A stretch of 64,000 nucleotides of DNA from Myxococcota bacterium (GTDB taxonomy: Bacteria; Myxococcota; Kuafuiibacteriia; Kuafuiibacteriales; Kuafuiibacteriaceae): assembly GCA_028289325.1 (NCBI GenBank), contig JANQQN010000190.1, positions 2,275-66,274 of the forward strand, given 5' to 3'. A program made the translations under genes and the position numbers. Shown piece by piece: positions 57,119 to 64,000 of this stretch. Position 1 is the stretch's first letter, and each line of letters starts with the position of its first letter. Under the pieces are notes generated by a model. The model ran no database searches. It was not told the DNA's origin and saw only the letters and a program-made list of their open reading frames with translations.

Positions 57119-58552
57119 ATGATCGCGACTACAGTACTTTTGTCCGTTCTGAGCGTGGCGCAACCGTCGCATGTACCCCGGTCGCATGCACTTCTGAACG
57201 GCAGGGAGCTCGTGCCTAGCCGTTGGGCGGGTAGCCGCTGCTTCGCTCCCTCCGCGAATCCCTGGTGGCTTGTCGACACGACAGAGTGGCTCAGCGTTCG
57301 CGTCGACCACCGAACGCGATTTGAACACCTCGAGAACCAATTTAGGACCGAGCGGCGGGGGAGCGATAGTGCCCTTTCTCTGCGGACGATCATCGATGTC
57401 GAGGCTCGGTTTGCCTCCGTGCGGTTGAGGGCGGAGGTCATGGACTCTCGAATCTACTTCGTTGACGACAACACGCCGCTCGACACCGGGCTGGTCAACG
57501 CGCTCGAACCGCTTCAGTCCTTCGCGGGACTGCGCGTGCAAGGCGTGCTGCGTCCGGGGGACGCGCTCGACGTTCGACTCGGGCGGATGACGCTGAACCT
57601 TGGGAGCCGACGCCTCGTAGCGCGCAACCGTTTTCGCAACACGATCAATGCGTTCAACGGGATCGACGTCTCCTGGACGAGCCCCACGAACGACTCGACC
57701 CGCGCCTTCGTCACGCTGCCGGTGGCTCGCCGGCCGACGGATACGGAAGAGCTCGCCCTCAATCAAGTTCGCATAGACCGTGAATCTTTCGAGACGGTGT
57801 TCTGGGGGGTGTTCATGCGCTCCCGGCCGGTGTTCGACGGACTGCGCATCGAGGGTTACATCTTCGGACTTCATGAAAACGAGCCGACGACCCGGGAGCG
57901 GCAGCTGATCACCCCCGGTGTTCGGCTGATCCGAGCGCCGGCGCACGCCAAGCTCGACGGACAACTCGAGCTCGTCGTTCAAAGCGGGAGCAGCCTCGTT
58001 TCATCCGCCGCCGACGCCCGCACCCGCCTCGACCACCTTGCGTTCTTCCTGCACGGGACCGTAGGCTACACCCTCGACGCGCCATGGTCGCCTCGGCTGG
58101 CCGTGTTTTACGACTACGCGAGCGGGGACGGCGATCCGGACGATGATGTCGTCGGCCGGTTCGATACGCTGTTTGGCGCTCGTCGCTTCGAGTACGGCCC
58201 TACGGGGCTGCACGGCGCTTTCGCGCGGAGCAACATCAACACCCCGGGCGCGAAGCTCAGCGTACAGCCGATCTTGAACGCTGACGGCTTCTTCGGATAT
58301 CGCGCCGTTTGGCTCGCACAAAGCCGCGACGCGTGGACGACGGCGGGGATCCGCGATTCGACGGGCGCGTCGGGTGCGTTCGTGGGCCACCAGATCGAAG
58401 GGCGAATCCGGTGGAGGGTGGTCCCCGGCACCGTCGCCGTCGATGCAGGATTCGCGCACACCTGGCTCGGTCGATTCGCCCGCACGGCGCCGAACGCCAA
58501 CGGTGGAGGGGATCCGACATATGTCTACCTGCAGATCTCGCTGCAGACATGA
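57119..58552 (+). CDS. alginate-export (AlgE-like) outer-membrane beta-barrel
   Basis: 477 aa with a signal peptide. Blocks RVDHRTRFE...GRMTLNLGSRRLVARNRFRNT.NAF.G. Confidence 0.6.
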   Translation: MIATTVLLSVLSVAQPSHVPRSHALLNGRELVPSRWAGSRCFAPSANPWWLVDTTEWLSVRVDHRTRFEHLENQFRTERRGSDSALSLRTIIDVEARFASVRLRAEVMDSRIYFVDDNTPLDTGLVNALEPLQSFAGLRVQGVLRPGDALDVRLGRMTLNLGSRRLVARNRFRNTINAFNGIDVSWTSPTNDSTRAFVTLPVARRPTDTEELALNQVRIDRESFETVFWGVFMRSRPVFDGLRIEGYIFGLHENEPTTRERQLITPGVRLIRAPAHAKLDGQLELVVQSGSSLVSSAADARTRLDHLAFFLHGTVGYTLDAPWSPRLAVFYDYASGDGDPDDDVVGRFDTLFGARRFEYGPTGLHGAFARSNINTPGAKLSVQPILNADGFFGYRAVWLAQSRDAWTTAGIRDSTGASGAFVGHQIEGRIRWRVVPGTVAVDAGFAHTWLGRFARTAPNANGGGDPTYVYLQISLQT

Positions 58553-58922
58553 TCGGAGCCCAAAGCGGACGGATCCCGTATGACCGGTTGGGCGTACTTG
58601 CAGCTCAGCCTGCAGTGGATCGCCGATGCGCATTCTTCGAGCCGCGACGCACTGGCCGCGGGAATGAGGCTCGCGCTCGAGCCGTGAACGATCGAGCCGC
58701 CATGCGGCGAAGTATCGTACGATTCGCGGTCGGGCCGGGTGTTGGCCCGACCCAAGCCGTCGTCTGTCGACCGCGGCGGTGCGACCGCCCGCGCAGCGAG
58801 CGGCTGACTGGGGCCAAAAACCTCAGCTGTGGCGATCGGCCACGCCGAGCGCCGGGCTCGACGGCGATTTTCTTCGCGTCAGCGACTTCGTGGTTGGTAC
58901 ACAATGTGCTTTCGCTAACGTC

Positions 58923-59594
58923 ATGGGTGAACGCGAATCGGTTCCGGCTCTCACTGTCCATCCACGCGCGATCGGAAGCACTGAGAAGGGTCCGACCGCT
59001 TTGCTTCGGCTCGCCGGCGTGGCGTCTCTCGTCGCCGGTTGTACGACCCTGGAACCCCTGACCTCGTCATCGAGGGCCTCCGTCGCCGAAGACGTGACGT
59101 ATATGGCCGCAATCTGCCTGATCATCACCGGCTGCGGTCAACTTCTCGGGGCGATACGACTATGGGAACGGACGGGGAGCGGCGCGTTGATGAGCGGGGC
59201 GGCACTGAGCGTGTTCGCTGGTTTAGCCTGGACGGCGGGCCTTGCTGATGGGCCGGAACCGTGGATGCCCCTCGTTGCGGTTTCACTGACCGGCATTGGG
59301 CTCGCGCGATTCGCTTTGGCCATGCGCGTGAGATCATCGGACGGGCGAGTCCTCCTCGCCGTCGGCGCGGGGGCGGCCATCGGCGTTGGCATGATGCTGT
59401 TGCCGTTGCCCGTCGTGGAGTTTCATCGTGTCTGGCCGCCGGTTGGGCTCAATACGCTTCTCGCCGTAACCTTCCTCGCGCAGGGCTTGTGGCTCGTTGC
59501 GCGTGGTGCCGACTCTCTGCCTTGTCCCGGCATCGTCTCCACCCCGCGTCACATTCGCTGGGATGGCGCTTTCGAGCCCCGTTGCTTTCGCTGA
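58923..59594 (+). CDS. integral membrane protein, unknown family
   Basis: Start uncertain; ATG 58923 chosen. About six hydrophobic segments. Confidence 0.4.
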   Translation: MGERESVPALTVHPRAIGSTEKGPTALLRLAGVASLVAGCTTLEPLTSSSRASVAEDVTYMAAICLIITGCGQLLGAIRLWERTGSGALMSGAALSVFAGLAWTAGLADGPEPWMPLVAVSLTGIGLARFALAMRVRSSDGRVLLAVGAGAAIGVGMMLLPLPVVEFHRVWPPVGLNTLLAVTFLAQGLWLVARGADSLPCPGIVSTPRHIRWDGAFEPRCFR

Positions 59595-59624
59595 ATGCGT
59601 TCGAGACCGAGCGTCGATGGTTGC

Positions 59625-60881
59625 TCAGGCCTCTTCGTCGTCTTGAACTTCGGGCCGTCTTTGCGACGGCATGTATAGTTGAACGATGATCGAGGAGTTG
59701 GCGGGGGCTTCGGTGACCTTTGCTAGCGCCCCCTCGAGCTCGACTTGATCGCCCTGCTTGGGCACTCGCCCCAGCTTACTCATGAGAAGGCCAGAGAGCG
59801 TCACGACGCCGATTTCATAAAGATCGAGGCCGAGCTCTCGGTTGACCTTGGCGAGCGCGACGTTGCCTCGAATCGCATACCCTTCGGAGGTTTTGGTGAT
59901 CTCTGGTAGCTCGAGCTCGTGCTCGTCCTGAAGCGTGCCCACGATTTCTTCGAGAATATCCTTTAGAGTGACAAGCCCGGTAGTGACGCCGAACTCGTTC
60001 ACGACGAGAACCATCTGGCGGTGCGAGCGCTGCATCTCTCGAAGGACGCGACTGATATTGAGGCTCTCCGGCACGCGGGCGATGGGCCGAACCAACTCGG
60101 GGAGGCTGACCTCTGCGGAGAGATCGACACCCACCAGGTCTTTGGCGTGCAGTATGCCGAGCACGTTATCCAACGAACCCTTGCAGACGGGATATCGAGT
60201 GTGCCGGGTCGTGCTCCATAGCTCGGTGAGTTCGGATGCAGCCGCACCGGCATCGACGAAGCGGATTTCGTTTCGGGGTATCATGACCTGTACACAGGTG
60301 GTTTCCTCGAGGTGGAACGCCGACTCGAGAATCTGGAGCTCGCTCGAAGAGAGCTGCCCTGCTTTTCCGCCCAGACGAACCGAGGCCCGGATCTCGTCCT
60401 CGGTTACGAGCGGCGCGGACGTCTTGCCGGTGGCGAGGCTCGATAGCTTACGGGTGAACCAGATCGCAGGACTGAGGGCGCGGGAGAGAATCGCCAGAGG
60501 CCGAGCGGTGATCGGCCAAAGGACCTTCCAGTTCGACGCTCCGAACGTCTTGGGCAGGATTTCGGAAAGAAGGAGAATCAGCACTGTCAGCAATACAGAG
60601 AAGGCGGGCACGAAGCCTGCGCCGAGGACGCTCGCCGCATACATACCGGCGAACGTCGCGCCCGCCGTATTGGCTACGGTATTCAGAATCAGGATGGCCG
60701 AGGTTGGCGTCGCGACGTCCTTCTTCATCTTCAGCGTCAGATCCGCGGCTTGGCGATGACGGCCTTCGGCTCGGGCCGCTTCCAACGCGACGACCCGCGT
60801 GGAGTAGAAGCTCGCTTCGAGGAGAGAACAGATGGCGGACACGAGGAGCGTGGCGGCCACGACGAGGATCAAGATAGTCAT
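59625..60881 (-). CDS. CNNM/TlyC-family protein (DUF21 TM domain, CBS pair, CorC_HlyC)
   Basis: 418 aa with four N-terminal TM segments, a CBS pair and the C-terminal transporter-associated domain. Confidence 0.85.
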   Translation of the reverse strand: MTILILVVAATLLVSAICSLLEASFYSTRVVALEAARAEGRHRQAADLTLKMKKDVATPTSAILILNTVANTAGATFAGMYAASVLGAGFVPAFSVLLTVLILLLSEILPKTFGASNWKVLWPITARPLAILSRALSPAIWFTRKLSSLATGKTSAPLVTEDEIRASVRLGGKAGQLSSSELQILESAFHLEETTCVQVMIPRNEIRFVDAGAAASELTELWSTTRHTRYPVCKGSLDNVLGILHAKDLVGVDLSAEVSLPELVRPIARVPESLNISRVLREMQRSHRQMVLVVNEFGVTTGLVTLKDILEEIVGTLQDEHELELPEITKTSEGYAIRGNVALAKVNRELGLDLYEIGVVTLSGLLMSKLGRVPKQGDQVELEGALAKVTEAPANSSIIVQLYMPSQRRPEVQDDEEA

Positions 60882-61569
60882 GTTGGTTGCGCCTTGGAGG
60901 CTATCTCGAGGCCCGGGCGACCCAGGTCAATCGGAGCCCTCGATACAATGAACGTAGACCGTGCGGCTTTGCAGATGGTGTGAGGTATACCAGGAATACC
61001 GGGCGATCTGCCAGGGCTCCATCGGTCGTCTCGGCCGGGTTGCGCCGCCGGCGCCGTTCGTTGCCGCATGCTCCGAGTCCTCGGACGCGCTGGTCGCAGA
61101 ATACCTCAAGCGTGGCCCTGACGATGGACGCCCCCATCTCGGGAAGGCTCGGCCGTCGATTCCCACATGTCCATACTGCGCGCCCTCTGGATACCGATGC
61201 GGGTGAGCGGCGGATCCATGCACCAGGCCCTCGCGATCCGAACCGGAAACCGTCTGTGTTTCGCTGGAAACAGATATCACGAATATATTCAGAATAGACT
61301 TGGTCTTGGACTTGCATCCTGTACGCGTGGGGACGGCCTCGCTCAGCGCGGCGTAAAGAGAAGTGAGCTTCACGACCGATACACTGAGACCCGTTTGTAT
61401 TCCCACAAGCGCCATGAAGGTGCGGCATCGTCACCAGCTGCGCGATCCGGCCAGCGAACGATACGTTATCAACGGATTCCTCTCTGAGCCGAGTGAGTGC
61501 AATGGCAAGGGCCTCGACAAGGACATCAAGACATCATCGAAAGAAGGCTCAATGCCTGGAGGCTAGACC

Positions 61570-63153
61570 ATGGATGAAAGGATCAACGAGCGTCCGACCG
61601 AAGAGATGTCGCGACGGCGATTCATGACGTGCGCGGGCGGTGCATCGACGGCCGCGTTGGTGCTTGGACATCCGCATAGCACCGCGGCGAGTCCGTCGGT
61701 ACGTGCGGCGCTACCGGGTACTCGCTGGGACGCCGAATTCGATGTCCTGGTCGTTGGTAGTGGCTTTGCAGCGCTGTCGGCGGCCATCGAAGCCAACCGC
61801 AAGGGGCTGGACGTGATGGTCATCGAGAAGATGCGCGTTCTGGGCGGAAACTCCGCCATAAACGGAGGATACTTCGCCGTCGCGGGCAGCGAGCTTCAAA
61901 AGAAAGAAGGGGTCAAGGACAGCTCGGACGCCATGGTCGCGGACATGCTGAAGGCTGGTCGCGGGCTCAATCACACGGCGATCACGAACGTGATCGCCGA
62001 GGGCTCGCTGGACGCATACCGGTTCGTCAAGGAATGTGGAGCGAGCTTCAAACCGAAGTTGTTTTGGCTCGGGGGACACACCGTCGCCCGCACCTACCAG
62101 ACGCACAATGGCTCCGGAGGTGGGATCGTTCGGCCGCTGGTTCGCACCGCTCGCCAACGAGGTGTCGTGCTCAGAACGGGCTGCAAGATGCTCGACCTCA
62201 TGGTCGATGACGATGAGCGAGTGGTCGGGCTGCGAGTCCGCGATGGCTACCGCTTCCCCGACGAGGAAAGCGGCCAGATTCGCACGTTTCGCGCGCGTCG
62301 AGGGGTAGTGCTGGCATCCGGCGGCTTCGGCCAGGATGCTCCTTTTCGCGCCGCCCAGGATCCGCGTCTCGCTGGGGTCATCGATAGTACCAATCACCCT
62401 GGCGCGACGGGTGAGGCCATGCGTGCGGCATTCCGCACCGGCGCGATTCCGGTACAGATGTCTCTCATCCAGCTCGGTCCGTGGGCCTCTCCTGACGAGA
62501 CTGGCTTCGGGGTCGCGTCCACTTTCAATCTACAGACCGGCTTTCCCTATGGGGTGATGATCGAACGAGCGACCGGAAACCGTTTCGTCAACGAGCTCGC
62601 TGACCGTAAGACCCGGGTGGACGCGATGTTGAAGCGAGTCAAGGGCGATGGCTCACCGGATTATCCGATCGTCGTGACCGACAAGAAGAGCGCCGAAGCC
62701 AACTCCAGCATCGAACGATGTGTGAAGTACGAGATCGTACGACGCTTCGAGACTCTGGGAGCTTTGGCGAAGTTCTACGACATCCCGAGCGAAGGTTTGG
62801 CCAAGACCGTTGCCGCCTACAACGCGTCTATCGAAGGCGGCGTTGACCAGGCATTTGGAAAACCACTCAACAAGGACTTTCCCATCGTGAACGCTCCCTT
62901 CTACGGGGTGCGGGTGTGGCCCAAGGTCCATCACTGCATGGGCGGTGTTCAGATCGATGTGCGCGCGCGGGTCCTGCATTCACGGGACTTCCAGCCCATC
63001 GCCGGCCTATACGCGGCGGGCGAAGTCACCGGCGGTCCACATGGCGCAAGCCGTCTCGGAAGCTGTGCGATCACCGACTGCTTGGTGATGGGGCGCATCG
63101 CCGGTCTTAGCGTCGCCGCCAACCCTCCCGTCACCGAAGCGAAGGGCAGCTAG
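61570..63153 (+). CDS. Tat-exported FAD-dependent flavocytochrome c-type reductase, flavoprotein subunit (fumarate/urocanate-reductase-like)
   Basis: GGAGG lies 7 nt before the ATG. Twin-arginine signal SRRRFMTCAGG, dinucleotide fold DVLVVGSGFAALSAA and a succinate-DH/FRD-type FAD domain. Confidence 0.8.
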   Translation: MDERINERPTEEMSRRRFMTCAGGASTAALVLGHPHSTAASPSVRAALPGTRWDAEFDVLVVGSGFAALSAAIEANRKGLDVMVIEKMRVLGGNSAINGGYFAVAGSELQKKEGVKDSSDAMVADMLKAGRGLNHTAITNVIAEGSLDAYRFVKECGASFKPKLFWLGGHTVARTYQTHNGSGGGIVRPLVRTARQRGVVLRTGCKMLDLMVDDDERVVGLRVRDGYRFPDEESGQIRTFRARRGVVLASGGFGQDAPFRAAQDPRLAGVIDSTNHPGATGEAMRAAFRTGAIPVQMSLIQLGPWASPDETGFGVASTFNLQTGFPYGVMIERATGNRFVNELADRKTRVDAMLKRVKGDGSPDYPIVVTDKKSAEANSSIERCVKYEIVRRFETLGALAKFYDIPSEGLAKTVAAYNASIEGGVDQAFGKPLNKDFPIVNAPFYGVRVWPKVHHCMGGVQIDVRARVLHSRDFQPIAGLYAAGEVTGGPHGASRLGSCAITDCLVMGRIAGLSVAANPPVTEAKGS

Positions 63154-63644
63154 TGAGGGCCACCATCATGAACGCAACCGTATATAGCGCCGTCATGGAA
63201 TTCGTCTGTTTGACGGCGGTCGCAAGCCTCGTGATGTCTTGCGACCGTGCGTCACCAAAGACGGAGATCGAGTCGGAACAGACCGTGGCCGAAACGGTCC
63301 TCGAGAAGCACCGCACGCGTCAGGTGATCCGAACGTTGGTCGATGACAAGGTCTTCGGCAAGGTTCCTATCAAGTCATATCACGAAAAGGTTCACCAGAA
63401 GGGGACTCGTTGCGAGCTGTGCCACGGTGTGAAGGCCCCGATCGCCGCTCCGGATTCGCGAAACTGTGGCAACTGCCATGGAACCCCAGAGGATGTGGCC
63501 GAACGAACGGCGGATCTGGATCCTAATCCACATAATTCGCCGCATTGGGAAACCGAGCTGCCCTGCGATGCTTGTCATCGAGAACACAGCACCTCCGAGT
63601 TCTACTGTCGGAACTGCCATCATTTCGAGTTTGAGGTCCCGTAA
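63153..63644 (+). CDS. tetrahaem c-type cytochrome (lipoprotein-like)
   Basis: Four CXXCH motifs (CELCH, CGNCH, CDACH, CRNCH) and an LVMSC lipobox. The start overlaps the upstream stop. Confidence 0.8.
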   Translation: MRATIMNATVYSAVMEFVCLTAVASLVMSCDRASPKTEIESEQTVAETVLEKHRTRQVIRTLVDDKVFGKVPIKSYHEKVHQKGTRCELCHGVKAPIAAPDSRNCGNCHGTPEDVAERTADLDPNPHNSPHWETELPCDACHREHSTSEFYCRNCHHFEFEVP

Positions 63645-63660
63645 GCCAAGAGGTGACGCC

Positions 63661-64000
63661 ATGTTCAAAAAACCAAGCGTCTCATGTTTAGCTGCCGCTA
63701 TCGCCTTGGCCGCGATGAGCGAGGCGACGGCGCAAGAGCTCGCCACGAAGGAGGTAACGCGCGAGTTCTACCAGGAGGCTAAGCAGATGCGCGACGCGGC
63801 CCGGTCGAACCGGGCGTCGTGCTTGGCGTGCCATGGTCGGCCCGATATCGTGGATCGGTGGCGCACCTCGGTCGGAGGTTCCCTCGGCCTTCATGTGGAT
63901 CCCGTTCAGTACGGCCGATCCGTGCACCGAGACCAGGACTGTCGAAGCTGTCACCTTGGCGAAGGCAAGGGCGCCTTCGAGACGGTTCCGCATCGGTTCG
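63661..64000 (+). CDS. multihaem c-type cytochrome, N-terminal part (runs off window)
   Basis: Hand translation from ATG 63661: signal peptide MFKKPSVSCLAAAIALAAMSEATA, then CLACH and CRSCH. Open to the window end, so absent from the ORF track. Confidence 0.7.
   Translation, partial: MFKKPSVSCLAAAIALAAMSEATAQELATKEVTREFYQEAKQMRDAARSNRASCLACHGRPDIVDRWRTSVGGSLGLHVDPVQYGRSVHRDQDCRSCHLGEGKGAFETVPHRF

Larger units (their letters stand above)
50530..59790 (+). repeat. Copy B: full-length ~9.2 kb segment paralogous to 43445-45450
   Basis: Contains antiporter, MscS, eRF1-like gene, two small ORFs, pfk pseudogene, AlgE-like OMP, a membrane protein and the 3' end of the CNNM gene. Five of its pieces recur in copy A. 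Confidence 0.8.

Overview
High-GC bacterial chromosome segment. Hand-sampled 60-nt lines give about 65-70% GC in most genes and about 48-60% in two patches. The repertoire looks like Myxococcota (two eukaryotic-like Ser/Thr kinases, many lipoproteins, Che-like genes), but that lineage call is inference only. I support about 50 intact CDS, one tRNA, several pseudogenes or remnants and two repeat classes. From left to right the window holds the following. (1) A surface-glycan locus: Wzy-like membrane protein, GT26 transferase, alkyl-DHAP-synthase-like flavoenzyme, and a carbamoyltransferase/deacetylase pair. (2) A chemosensory block: CheB-CheR-PAS-histidine kinase fusion, Ser/Thr kinase, cheW, cheR and two MCPs, with no CheA or CheY in 64 kb. 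(3) Assorted lipoproteins, regulators and an orphan secreted two-gene operon. (4) An OmpR/HK pair facing a lower-GC MacAB-TolC-like efflux operon and a 43-codon lipoprotein ORF. (5) A hand-folded tRNA-Sec (selC) at 43239-43337. (6) Directly after it, a ~2 kb mosaic that is a collapsed paralogue of the ~9.2 kb segment at 50.5-59.8 kb. The mosaic keeps only an intact pfk. The long copy keeps every other gene, but its pfk carries a 227-nt frameshifting deletion. (7) A lower-GC decayed islet with a CarH-like B12 module lacking a DNA-binding domain, a TetR fragment and a transposase remnant. (8) glgC, ion-transport genes, an eRF1-like protein, and a split flavocytochrome c/multihaem cluster running off the right edge. 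No CRISPR array, rRNA or intact mobile element was seen. All family names come from motif recognition by eye, not from database searches.
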